A stretch of DNA of 64,000 nt, taken from assembly GCA_002269645.1 (NCBI GenBank), contig NIVC01000217.1:248001-312000 (forward strand). The letters are read 5' to 3'. Source of the stretch: Macrostomum lignano. Its lineage: Eukaryota. The notes beneath the pieces are model-generated. The model saw nothing but the letters and a program-made list of their open reading frames with translations. It was not told where the DNA came from and searched no databases. Of the stretch, positions 10,238-20,793 are shown one piece after another (position 1 is the first letter of the stretch; each line of letters begins with the position of its first letter). Position numbers and translations under genes: made by a program.

Positions 10238-11038
10238 ATGGACTTTTCAAACGACTTCAATCCTCACTGGACGCGTAATCAGATTAAGTTTTCTCATCAT
10301 GAGTCAATCCCGAGTCACTTCAGATGCATTGTTGTTGGTTCGTCAGGTTCAGGTAAAACATTCAGAGTCTTTAACATGCTTCTTAGACCTGGATTTATCG
10401 ACTATGACACTCTGCACATCTACTCTCCCACACTGTATCAAGATGAGTATAGAATGCTGATTGCAGGGCTTCAAAACAAGCTGAACAAAGAGGACATTAT
10501 TGCATGTTTTAATAACCAAATGAGCCTTCCCAGTAACCCTGAAATTGTAGCTGCCGAATATGCAAAGCACCTCAAAGACAATGAAAAATGGCAGAACATT
10601 AAAGTGTTCACCTATGGAGATCCACAGGCTGATCCAAAGACCAAACTTCTACCCCAACCAGATGAGCTAGAAAAGGGGAGAAAGCATTTGATCGTCTTTG
10701 ATGATTGTATGACAGGCCCACAGAAACAGATAGAAAACTATTTTACAAGAGGGCGACATAACAATTGTAATGTAATTTACATTGCACAGAACTGGTTCGA
10801 GCTCCCGAACAAAACAATTCGTGGGAACTGCAATCTGATTCTCCTGTTACCAACCATTCCACAGGACAGGTTAAAAAGATTTTACAATGAGGTCATTGCG
10901 CCTGCCTATTTCATAAATCCAACAAAAAACTCAAGCAGAAAGATTTCACAAGAGGAATTCGTTAATCTTTGCTATGACAAGTGGAATCAGCCTTACCAGT
11001 TTGTGATTATCAGCAAAGAAAAAAGAACTGTAATTTAA
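10238..11038 (+). CDS. FtsK/HerA (A32-like) DNA packaging ATPase
   Basis: Walker A GSSGSGKT, Walker B LIVFDD, arginine motif RGRHNNCNVIYIAQ, and TIRGN. Confidence 0.93.
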   Translation: MDFSNDFNPHWTRNQIKFSHHESIPSHFRCIVVGSSGSGKTFRVFNMLLRPGFIDYDTLHIYSPTLYQDEYRMLIAGLQNKLNKEDIIACFNNQMSLPSNPEIVAAEYAKHLKDNEKWQNIKVFTYGDPQADPKTKLLPQPDELEKGRKHLIVFDDCMTGPQKQIENYFTRGRHNNCNVIYIAQNWFELPNKTIRGNCNLILLLPTIPQDRLKRFYNEVIAPAYFINPTKNSSRKISQEEFVNLCYDKWNQPYQFVIISKEKRTVI

Positions 11039-11054
11039 AATTTGCTATTAAAAG

Positions 11055-11828
11055 ATGTCGATAAACTTTGCAGGTGAATCCATTTCTGGCAACAGCGCTC
11101 TTACATCAGCTCAGATATCCATCCTTGACAGGCGATATATCAACAGCGACGAAAAGATCCCAGAGATCAAACTGAATAAAAACAGACTGAAAGCCCTAGA
11201 GCGCTCCATGCACCAGTTGCAAATAAACATGGAAGATCTCAGGCTTAAAGTAGCTAGGCAGAAGTTTGAAAGTGATAAGCTTTATGTGCCGTTGTTAAAC
11301 GAAACTAATGAACTTAGGTCAGAAATAACTTCGATAGTCTCGCTAATCAACGGCTTGAGATCATCAGTTAATCTTCTGGGAAATTCCACTGATAGACGGA
11401 TGCGTATTCTTGAAGGAGGAGTTTTCACAAACACAGCTAAAGTAAATAATTTAGAAGAGTTCATGAACCAGTCAACAGCGTTGCATGATAGAATTAAAGA
11501 AAACGTCGCAACCATTACAGGTAAAGTCAATAATTTAGAAGAGTTCATGACTCAGTCAACATCGTTGCATGATCGAATCAAAGAAAGACTTGAAGCATTA
11601 AAGAGAAAGGATGTATCACACAGTAGCTATCTAAACGGAATGTATAGCTCCTGGGGTAAAATAATAAGGAGGCTTGATCGTCTGGAGAGAACACTCAATC
11701 TTCGTGATATTGCTATTGATGAAGCAGAATCTACTGCTCGTCCGGTCATGTCTATTAATGAAATTATCGAATTTCATCAAAATCAAATCAAATCAAAAGA
11801 AAACAGATCTTTTTTTTCAAAACAATAG
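11055..11828 (+). CDS. Coiled-coil protein, candidate fibre/spike
   Basis: Heptad-rich; internal duplication KVNNLEEFMxQSTxLHDRIKE; N-terminus MSINFAG. Confidence 0.5.
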   Translation: MSINFAGESISGNSALTSAQISILDRRYINSDEKIPEIKLNKNRLKALERSMHQLQINMEDLRLKVARQKFESDKLYVPLLNETNELRSEITSIVSLINGLRSSVNLLGNSTDRRMRILEGGVFTNTAKVNNLEEFMNQSTALHDRIKENVATITGKVNNLEEFMTQSTSLHDRIKERLEALKRKDVSHSSYLNGMYSSWGKIIRRLDRLERTLNLRDIAIDEAESTARPVMSINEIIEFHQNQIKSKENRSFFSKQ

Positions 11829-11879
11829 ATCTTTCAACCGGGTAGTTTTGTAATTTTTTTATTTTTTCTAGAGAAAAAA

Positions 11880-12596
11880 ATGACCCAACAAAATTCTCTA
11901 TACGATCAGTCTCAATACGCTGAACCTAAAATACCGACAGCACCAAACCCAATGGCACCGAATTCGAACACACAAAGCCTGAATGCACCGAATCTGAATG
12001 CACCTCAATATGAGCAGCAAAAACTCTACCCCTTCATTTCATGTAACTCTCAACAGTTTCGACTGGTAGAGATTCAAAAAATGCGAGATGATCTTGAAAA
12101 AAATATTTTCCACAACACAAAGAAAATTAAACGCTATGAAAGCCACTGTAAATTTTTCGACTACAGCAATATGATTCTAGGATCTGTGTCTGTTCTATCT
12201 GGATCTGCTGCAGCTGTCTCAACGTTGCCAGTCATCACAGCCCCAATCGCAATCCCGCTCGGCTCTGTGGGTGCTGCATGTGGACTTATTTCAGCAATTA
12301 CTGGAGCATTAGCGCGAAACAGGCGAAAAAAACTAAAGCAGCTACAGGAGAAGCAAGTAAAAGAGAAAGGGGTGCACACATCAATTATAGGGTACATTTC
12401 AAGGGCAATCGAGGATAAGTTCATTTCAGAGGATGAGTTCAAAACCATTCAGGATCTTTATGAACAATCAATTCGAATGAACTTGAACATGGTCGGTACT
12501 GATGACATGAGTCAGCTGAGAAATGAACTCGAGAAAGTTCTTCAACATTATGTGGAAAGAAGGACAACGAGAAGTACAACGAGAAATGCACAATGA
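11880..12596 (+). CDS. Hydrophobic-hairpin Polinton protein (PW-like)
   Basis: QQFRLVEI...KRY, a long G/A/S-rich hydrophobic stretch, then ISRAIEDKFISEDEF. Confidence 0.65.
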   Translation: MTQQNSLYDQSQYAEPKIPTAPNPMAPNSNTQSLNAPNLNAPQYEQQKLYPFISCNSQQFRLVEIQKMRDDLEKNIFHNTKKIKRYESHCKFFDYSNMILGSVSVLSGSAAAVSTLPVITAPIAIPLGSVGAACGLISAITGALARNRRKKLKQLQEKQVKEKGVHTSIIGYISRAIEDKFISEDEFKTIQDLYEQSIRMNLNMVGTDDMSQLRNELEKVLQHYVERRTTRSTTRNAQ

Positions 12597-12600
12597 ACCC

Positions 12601-13002
12601 CTATGAAACACAGCCAAGAATAATTTCCTTGTAGGTCTTTCGTGTTTTGGTCATTGCATACAAAACAGTCATGCACAGCTCACCGCAAATATCACTGCTA
12701 AGACCTTGGAGAATAAAGTCTGAGCGATAAATTTTTTTATTATTTTTTCCCTTCATATAATTTCTTAGCTCTTCTGGTACTGCCGTCCCATAGCTATCGA
12801 AGTAATAACACTTGTGCTTGCGATCGGGATCAATCACCCAGCAAACCCAATGAGATCCTGGCTTATCGGTGCTGTCAAAGTTCATGATGCCGCATTCTTT
12901 TCTTAGAGGAAAATCAGGCAGAGTGTCCCTCATAAATATTCCTCTAAAGTTTGGGATTTCCAGTTCGTTAGCCAAATCTTCAAGAAAGTTATTTGTCGTC
13001 AT
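12601..13002 (-). CDS. Adenain-like cysteine protease
   Basis: GIFMRD, NFD...GSHW (His), YFDSYG (Asp), Q...SDICG..C (Gln/Cys). Confidence 0.92.
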   Translation of the reverse strand: MTTNNFLEDLANELEIPNFRGIFMRDTLPDFPLRKECGIMNFDSTDKPGSHWVCWVIDPDRKHKCYYFDSYGTAVPEELRNYMKGKNNKKIYRSDFILQGLSSDICGELCMTVLYAMTKTRKTYKEIILGCVS

Positions 13003-13036
13003 TTTTTTATGAGGTTTATTAAACTTTCTCTCAAAC

Positions 13037-14385
13037 CTAAACCCAATATCCACCTCCTAAACCTAACCTCCAATGCCCGAACGGTAGACTGTTGATATTG
13101 TCATCAAAAATGAATCTCTTGTTATCTGCACCTGACAGTCCAATCTTCTTTTGCTGAATTGTGTGAATAATATGGTTTTTAGATTGTAGCTTTGAGAACT
13201 CATGTGATGTCTTTTTGTTGCAATTCAAGGCGTCTCTGTATTCAGCTTCATTAATTTCCTTCCTAACCACACGTTTCGGAATTCCCTTTGATTTTTTTAT
13301 TGGGTCTGACGACTCACATTTTACAAAATAGGACTTTGCTCTCAACCCAATGAATTCAGTGATTATGTCACCAGCAATCTCGTCCTTCATTTTCCCAATC
13401 ACTTTCTTGTTAGTGGCGTCAAACACTTGATCGCCATTCTGTGTCCTGCAAGATTCATCATACTCAGACAAGTCAAACAAATCTTTTTGCTGCAGCATGT
13501 CCTGATAAATGTCTTCTGTTTGAATGTCCATAATAAAACTGTCTGTGTCGGTGTACAAGAGTTTCATTTTATCCTTGTACTGCTGCTTCATGCCATAGAA
13601 GAACTGGTACATCAGACGTTTTGATTCGTCGAGTACAGTGACACCTGTATAGATCGGCTTGCGCAGCGTCACCTTGGTTTTGTAAAATATGATCACACCT
13701 AAGTAGCTATTGAAGATATGGAGTTCTATGAATGTTGGCTTTGACATATTTGCCTGAATAACATCAGGCTCTGATGAGGTAACAAGTTTCAGGTTTGTTC
13801 TTTTCCGCTCATTCTCAAGAGTCTTGCCATAGACAGAGTTGTTGGCCAACTTAAAGAGGTTCTTGTCAAAGTCGTTGGTTGCTTTGGTCCTAAACTGGGT
13901 ATTCTTATCAATGTAGGGTTTCATCCACGCTTCCTCTGTAAATGTAAGAGCCCTGTGAACTTTGCTGACCCTGCAACCAAGTGAGATAAAATATTGAAGC
14001 AGTTTGTAATGGATTTTGTAACGTGTCTTGTTGTTTAGATTCTGTGTTAGTTTCTCTGTATGTTCTTTTTCTGTTCCTGACAGGTGCCAAGTTCCATTAT
14101 TATCATTGGGAGTTTCGATTATTTTCGGACACTTGATGTTCTCTGGGAAGGGTGGAAAGTCAGAGAAATAGTCGTGAAGCTCTGGTGGAATGTAAACATC
14201 AACCTCATAAATGGCAGCCAATGAAAAGTCCCATTTAAATTCTGATGAGGGTAGCCATCGAAAATCTCTAACTGGAAGATCTTGACTCATCGCCCACCCG
14301 TAGAGATTATTAGCGTCCAAGTAAGTAATGTAGTTTGAGGGTTGCTCCTTATTGTAAGATTCAATGTAGGGATTGTTTGCTTTTG
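13037..14385 (-). CDS. polB: Protein-primed DNA polymerase B, 3' part (polymerase domain)
   Basis: YLDANNLYGWAM, KLANNSVYGK, YTDTDS; joins in frame to 24569-22073. Confidence 0.95.
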
Positions 14386-14559
14386 TGCATCGGTTTGCGC
14401 GAGCCCGCGAGGGCTAACCGCTGTTAGTGCAAGGGGGGGCTGTTTGGGTGCTGGCTGTCTGGTGGGGTGGTGGGTGCGTTGGTGCGTGCGCGTGCCTATT
14501 TAGGCCGCCACCTTTGTGGCTGCGCGGGGTTGCTCGCGGTTGAATTTTTTTGCTGAATC

Positions 14560-14641
14560 ATGGCAGATAGCCTTGTACTGCCCGCAACTAACAAAGCGCT
14601 ACGAGAAGCCCTTAGTGAGCGCGGCCTGTCTACTAATGGCA
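14560..14641 (+). CDS. Ngaro gag, 5' part (SAP domain start)
   Basis: MADSLVLPATNKALREALSERGLSTNG joins NKQELTSRL after removing the Chapaev element. Confidence 0.85.
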
Positions 14642-17600
14642 CACAGGTAGGAGGAATTCAAGTTAAATGCAAAAAAATTGCCCATAATCGGTTTTTTGTT
14701 CATGGGATAGAATTTGTACCCCTGATTCTAAAATGACCTCCCATGAAATCCTAACTGATTGGGTTCGCGAGATATGCTCATAATTAAGTTTTTACCATAG
14801 ATATGAGGCAGTCCAACAAGCAAAACTCGCCATTCAAGGATAAGTTTAATGTATTTTGTCCAAAACAGTTCTCACCACTGTGAATTCAATTTGTAGTGTG
14901 CAATAGTTCAGGCACTATTTCAAAATATATATTTTAATTTAAACAGTGAATCAGCAAATTAATAATTATTATCATTATTTACCTATAGAATTTTTAAGAT
15001 AATGGCTAATCTTTCTAAGTCTAAACCAAAACAGAAAACTGTAATGCAATAGATATTGAGCTGTAAATTCAAATAGATTGTCATTGAGCATTTTTAGTTT
15101 TACAAGCAATTACAAATGACAGCTATTATATTGTACGTGGCCTGTAGAAGCTGTTGTCCCATCGCTGGGTCACCACTCCGGCGCTTAAAGTTTTGCCATA
15201 CTTTACTGAAATCATGGTGAGCACTTTCACCAGCCTGCTCAGAAAATGTGCCCAGGCCTTTGCCATGCAGTCTGCAAAACTCGACCACATGGACGAACAC
15301 GCAGTGAACTTTTGGTGTCACTCTAATAGGTAGCTTGCAGTAGGACTCTCGAAACTGCTGAATCAGCTGTTCATATTCAGGCTGTAGCTTCTCCCCAAAG
15401 CAAGCGTGTACCACTTCACGGAAGCATTGAAGGGCTTCACCAAACTGCTTCAGCCGCTCAGGCAGGATGCTCGTCAGTTCATCAGCAAGTTGCAGGATTG
15501 CGTGGCACTGGTTGCCCTCGAATGATCCTCCGCGATAGTCAGCGCGCCCGATGTTATGGCTTGCAGCCCAGCTGAGTACATGACCTCCGTCAGCTTCAAG
15601 CGAGTCGACGATCTTGTTAACAGCTCCAATGAGAAGATGCAGCTCAGGTGGGGGCAGCTTGTTGAGTATCGGCTCATCTTCTCCACCAGACAAAAGGGGT
15701 TTGTTAACACAGCTTTTAAAAAGTTTGGCCGATCGCAAATCATTGCCTGCTTCGGAAAAGGCAGCTGCATTCTTTGTTACACTGCCAAATGTGCGCGTCA
15801 GACCATCCGCAGCGAATGGAGCCTTTGCCTCGCACCATGTACATGGGTACATTGCCGCGTGATTCTGCAAGCCAATCACTATGTTGGCAAGCTTGAGATC
15901 ACAAGCAACAGTAAACGAAATCGCCTGTAGATTCAGAGAGTCCAGTAGTAGTTTTACGTTGAGATAAGTCTCACTAACATCAGGAGCAATAGCGATGATC
16001 ATTAATTTTTTAACACCAGAGTTGAGAAACTGGCGGCTGCAGGCTAACTTCTTTACTGGCGATGCTGCAGGCTCAGACTCACCGGTCACAGTCAGCACAA
16101 CTTTCAGAGAGCCTCCTCCGCCATCAATTCCAATCTTGACAAAGCTGTTCTCGATGCCACGCTCGGTGCAAATATGATTTAGCAAACCTTGAAGATCGGA
16201 GCAGATCACGGCTGGCCTTGGTCCCGAAACCTCCTGAGTCTGTCCAGATGAACGTATGAATGGCAGCTGAACTAACGCGAAGAAGCTTGTTAGGCAGCGG
16301 CCTCTCTTCTGCAGCTCTTCACGAAGGTTAGGCTCGATCACATGCCGGCCTGCACCTAACCTAAGAATGCTGGCCAGCTTTAGAGTCTGCTTGCTGCTTA
16401 AACTAAGGCCGACTTTCAAAGCCGAAATTGTTTCGTGGCTTATATGTCCTTTCCTAGAAACACTTGTTATAGGTTCAGCGGCTGAGCTAGAGGCTACCTT
16501 GACTCGAAGAGGTTTACCAGCAGTTTGACTTAGTACAATACCACCTGCTGCAGCCTCATTACACTCCTTGATGACTGAGCTAGCCAGCTGGTGCTTGGTA
16601 AGAGGAGATATTTTGTCTCGCAAATTCTTTAATTTGGTTGTTTTATTGCAGCGATGCTCCAGGCCGGGTCCGATCCGTGACATGCAATGCGAGCAGAGTT
16701 TTTGAATCGCAGTAGCCTCTGCCACAGCAGGACGACCTCGGCCTGCTGGTGGACCTGTGGCCAAGTATTTGGTGTCTGGCACTGCACTGCTGCTCCTGTG
16801 TGAGCTGGCCAAGCTACACAGCTCACAGTTGCAGTCAGGGTTGCCACGAGTTGAAGGCGGCAGAGACTGAAGGTCGGTAACTATCTGGTCATACGCCAGT
16901 AGGACTGGAATAGGTCGCGAATCTGGGCAGGACAAAGACGAAAGCTTCCTTCTGCAGCCGTCACATATGCCAGATGGAAGATATTGTCTTTCTACCTTGA
17001 AGCCTTCGTACACTGTAGATTGAATTAGTTCAATCTGATGCTCCGTCAAAGGGCGATGCGCTCTTCGAAGACACATGGCACACAGTGCCTGGAGATTTTC
17101 TTCGTGGTTTCTTTTCTTTGGCATTGTAGTTGATGAGTAAAAACAAGAAATTTGTTTGGACAGTTGATCAATTGAAACAAAATATTCTAAAATGCTCTAA
17201 ATACTCATTTACATCACCATAAATTGAGCAACTGCTCATGATTTAGGTATAAAGGGATCGATAAAAAATAATGTGCAAATCGTGTGTGTGATCACAAGCG
17301 AAATTTTGCCTTTTGCCGTTTAATGGTGGCGGGTTGAATGTACATATTTTTATCGATTATACGTCAGGTGATTTTATTGCATATTTCATGATCGTGGTGG
17401 TAAATAGACTTAGAAGACTGTACAATACTTGTTATCTTCTCTAATTTAGAGAATCAAACTTATTTATATAGAAGAGGCCAATTCTTTACGCTAAGAATGT
17501 ACAGCATAGCATCAGTTGTAACATCGCACACTTAACAAAGTTGCCTTGAGTTTTTTGTTTTGTTTTACCCTACAAAAAGGATGATTAAACATACATGCAC

Positions 17601-17857
17601 TCAATACAAATTGAATACACAGTGGTGAGAACTGTTTTGGAAAAAATACATTAAACTTATCCTTGAATGGCGAGTTTTGCTTGTTGGACTGCCTCATATC
17701 TATGGTAAAAACTTAATTATGAGCATATCTCGCGAACCCAATCAGTTAGGATTTCATGGGAGGTCATTTTAGAATCAGGGGTAAAAATTCTATCCCATGA
17801 GCAAAAAACCGATTATGGGCAATTTTTTGCATTTAACTTGAATTCCTCCTACCTGTG
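14642..17857 (-). mobile_element. Chapaev-type (CMC superfamily) DNA transposon
   Basis: ~254-bp TIRs with CAC...GTG termini; 4-bp TSD GGCA (14638-14641, 17858-17861). Confidence 0.9.
15100..17124 (-). CDS. Chapaev-like DDE transposase (674 aa)
   Basis: N-terminal H..C..C...LPSGIC..C zinc motif; IGIDGG, CDLK...GLQ...YPCTWC, PPELHLLIG, SFEGNQ, SEQAGESAH. Confidence 0.85.
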   Translation of the reverse strand: MPKKRNHEENLQALCAMCLRRAHRPLTEHQIELIQSTVYEGFKVERQYLPSGICDGCRRKLSSLSCPDSRPIPVLLAYDQIVTDLQSLPPSTRGNPDCNCELCSLASSHRSSSAVPDTKYLATGPPAGRGRPAVAEATAIQKLCSHCMSRIGPGLEHRCNKTTKLKNLRDKISPLTKHQLASSVIKECNEAAAGGIVLSQTAGKPLRVKVASSSAAEPITSVSRKGHISHETISALKVGLSLSSKQTLKLASILRLGAGRHVIEPNLREELQKRGRCLTSFFALVQLPFIRSSGQTQEVSGPRPAVICSDLQGLLNHICTERGIENSFVKIGIDGGGGSLKVVLTVTGESEPAASPVKKLACSRQFLNSGVKKLMIIAIAPDVSETYLNVKLLLDSLNLQAISFTVACDLKLANIVIGLQNHAAMYPCTWCEAKAPFAADGLTRTFGSVTKNAAAFSEAGNDLRSAKLFKSCVNKPLLSGGEDEPILNKLPPPELHLLIGAVNKIVDSLEADGGHVLSWAASHNIGRADYRGGSFEGNQCHAILQLADELTSILPERLKQFGEALQCFREVVHACFGEKLQPEYEQLIQQFRESYCKLPIRVTPKVHCVFVHVVEFCRLHGKGLGTFSEQAGESAHHDFSKVWQNFKRRSGDPAMGQQLLQATYNIIAVICNCL

Positions 17858-17861
17858 GGCA

Positions 17862-18871
17862 ATAAGCAAGAGCTAACAAGTCGTCTAAAACTCAGCATTG
17901 CCAAGGAGCTTGAGCGGCAGGCGTTGGAGCAGGACAGAGGCTCATCTCGTCGTGCTCAAGATGACAAGACATCACCGACGAATGCGGGCGCACCCGAGCT
18001 AAGTCTGGCTCCACCTGAGGACGAGATGCTACCGGCGGTGGGCGCCTCGGCCGAGGGTCGGGCGGCGACGGGAGGCGGTCTCGAGGATCAGCTGCGAGAG
18101 ACTGAACTGCGCATTCGGCTGCTGGACCTGAAAAAAAGAGAGGCTCAGCTCGAAGCCGAGCTCGCTGAAGCGCGTCACAGTGGCACGGCGGCTGCGAGAG
18201 AACGTGATCAGACTCCCGGTGAGTGGCATGATTTGGTTGGCGAGTGTATACTCGGGCAGGCTGGGGCTGCAACTTCGCATGCTCAGGCGCCGGCGGTGTA
18301 CAGAGTCGTTGATTTTATCAGTGAGCGTAAGCGGAGACAAGGAAGCCAGTCTGTTGTGGGAGCGGCAAAGCCAGAGAGGTTGAGACACGTCAGTCCCGAG
18401 TCACTGTCGTTTGGCGATTTCATCTCCGGTAGCTGTAACTTACTGGTGCAAATGCTGCGTGATGGCAAACTGCTGCGCATTGTTGATGGCAGAATCGATT
18501 CATCCGAGTTGATCGATCATCTCCGACATAACGCTAGAATTGGTGACCTGCTAGATTTAGGCTTCGATCGCACTAAAGTCATGAGATATGATGACGAATG
18601 TCGGCTTCTCCAGCATGATGGAACGCGGTGGAGCGCTGTTAGCGCAGACCTGGGTCTGGTGGCAACACACTTGATGGCACCAACAAAAATGATAAACGCA
18701 ACAGCGCCTAAAAAGCGAACGCAGCCACCTGTCTGTTTCGACTTCAACAGTCTTAGCGGCTGCAACAGAACTCACTGCCGCTTCGCCCATCAGTGCCGCA
18801 GGTGCTCACAGCCGCACTCTGAAGCCCGAGCCCACGCTGATGGGGACCCGGGCCAATTTTCAAAAAACTAG
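17862..18871 (+). CDS. Ngaro gag, 3' part with CCCH/CCHC-type zinc finger
   Basis: CFDFNSLSGCNRTHCRFAHQCRRCSQPH; the reconstituted ORF is 363 aa. Confidence 0.85.
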
Positions 18872-18879
18872 CGTGCGAG

Positions 18880-20793
18880 GTGGGGGCACAGGACTCAATG
18901 TCTGCCGTCGGGTCGCCCTCCTGTGCCCCCACGGGGGAGCTCCCCCTATGTGACCCGAGTTCAACTGAGTTGTCGAGCGACCTTGTGTTTGCGGTTTGGC
19001 GGGAAGAGCTGGCTGGGACCGAGATGCCGGAGGACCGTGTCAGGTTCGTGCTCGATGGTGTGAAGAATGGCTTTCGAATTACTAATAAAGTGATGGATTG
19101 TAAGAACCACACTGAGATGGCAAATCACAGATCAGCTACCATTCACCAGCAAGCTGTTGAGGCCCAGGTGCGCCAGGAGCTCAAGCAGGACCGCTACAGG
19201 CGCTGCCAGGCAGGCAACCGGCCGCTCATCGTTAGTGCCCTTGGTGCGATCCCTAAGGCGGATTCGTCTTCCATCCGCCTTATTCACGACTGCAGCCTGC
19301 CAACTGGCGCCTCTGTGAATGATTTCTTTGAGTCGAAACGGAAGTTGCGTTTTACTTCGGCCAGCAACTTTGCCTCGAAGCTGTACAGCGGCGCGTACAT
19401 GTGCAAAGTGGATCTGTCGCAAGCATATCGTTCATGTGGTGTGCACCCTGATGACCACCGGGTCACAGGCATGAAGATTCAGCTCCAAGGCGAGGGCCAG
19501 CCAGTGTACCTGTACGACACGCGGCTCCCGTTTGGTGCTTCGGCTTCCGTCTTCTGCTTTTACGAGCTGAGCCAAGCTGTGCGTTTTATGATGTTGAAGC
19601 ATGGTTTCTACGCTATGGAGGCCTACATGGATGACTTCGCCTTTTGTGGAGATCTGGAGTCCTGCTGGAAGTTCTACAACCATCTCATCGATCTGCTCGA
19701 GCGGCTAGGCTTCACCATTAACCGTAGCAAGTGTGTTCCGCCGACAACGCGGATGACCTTTCTGGGCATTTTATTTGATAGCGTGGCAGGCCAGATGTCT
19801 CTTCCTGCCGAAAAAGTCCAAGACTTGTTGCATGTTTTATCCCTCTGCTCTTCGAAGAAAAGGCTGTCAAAGTCGTGTTTGCAGAAGTTGATCGGCAAGT
19901 TAAACTGGGCGTCGCAAGTTGTTCGGCACGGGAGAGCTTTCCTCCGACCTCTTATCGACATTGTTAACAAGCTGCATCGGCCTCATGACAGGGTTCTTGT
20001 TAGTCCCTCCGTGGTGCACCACCTCTCCTGGTGGCGGTTGGCTTTGCAGCATCGCATCGGTGTTGGCCTGTGGACTTCGCCGAGGGCTTGTGTTGCCATA
20101 GAGACTGACTCGTCGTCTTCAGGCGCCGCGGCGGTGCTCCGTGACGGTGATGGGATTCGTGATTGGTGCTTTATTGACTGGCAGATCGACGCAAATGGTG
20201 TTTTTCAGAATTACTGCATCAATTACAAGGAGGCTGTGGTTATATTGCTGGCTGTTTTGAGATGGGGCCAATCCTTGGCTGGTTGTCGGCTTGCTGTGTA
20301 CTGCGACAATGAGACGGCGTGTTGGATTCTAAGGCGAGGTGTCTCCAAGGACTCGCGTCTGATGTGGTTGCTGCAGTCTGTGGCGTTGCTCTGTCTGCGT
20401 TTTGACGTTGAATTTGAGGTCTTTCACGTTCCTGGTGCTTATCAGCTGTTTGCTGATGCAGGGTCCCGCCTGCACTCGCGTCATGAGTTGCTTAATTTTA
20501 TTTTCCGTGTTTACGGGTCTGTACCAGTTTGCCCTGTGGAGTTTTCGGATCACGCGTTTTCTGTTTTTGCCTCCCGTTTTTTATTTTCACAGGCCGCCTC
20601 CCTGCAACGCCGACCCTCGGCGCCGCCGCCTCCAGCCTCCTCGCCGCAGCATACGCACCGCAGTCACGCAGGGCGATCTCATCGGCCGTCCGGTCCTGGC
20701 ACAGCTTCTGCAACGAGAACGGGACCAACCCGGCTCGATCCGACCGGTCGGTGCTACTCAACTACCTGGCTCACCTGGTCGAATGCCGCCTGA
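18880..20793 (+). CDS. Reverse transcriptase + RNase H of the Ngaro element
   Basis: KVDLSQAYR, LPFG, YMDDF, FLGI; RNase H ETDSS, YKEA, YCDN, FADAGSR. Confidence 0.92.
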   Translation: MGAQDSMSAVGSPSCAPTGELPLCDPSSTELSSDLVFAVWREELAGTEMPEDRVRFVLDGVKNGFRITNKVMDCKNHTEMANHRSATIHQQAVEAQVRQELKQDRYRRCQAGNRPLIVSALGAIPKADSSSIRLIHDCSLPTGASVNDFFESKRKLRFTSASNFASKLYSGAYMCKVDLSQAYRSCGVHPDDHRVTGMKIQLQGEGQPVYLYDTRLPFGASASVFCFYELSQAVRFMMLKHGFYAMEAYMDDFAFCGDLESCWKFYNHLIDLLERLGFTINRSKCVPPTTRMTFLGILFDSVAGQMSLPAEKVQDLLHVLSLCSSKKRLSKSCLQKLIGKLNWASQVVRHGRAFLRPLIDIVNKLHRPHDRVLVSPSVVHHLSWWRLALQHRIGVGLWTSPRACVAIETDSSSSGAAAVLRDGDGIRDWCFIDWQIDANGVFQNYCINYKEAVVILLAVLRWGQSLAGCRLAVYCDNETACWILRRGVSKDSRLMWLLQSVALLCLRFDVEFEVFHVPGAYQLFADAGSRLHSRHELLNFIFRVYGSVPVCPVEFSDHAFSVFASRFLFSQAASLQRRPSAPPPPASSPQHTHRSHAGRSHRPSGPGTASATRTGPTRLDPTGRCYSTTWLTWSNAA

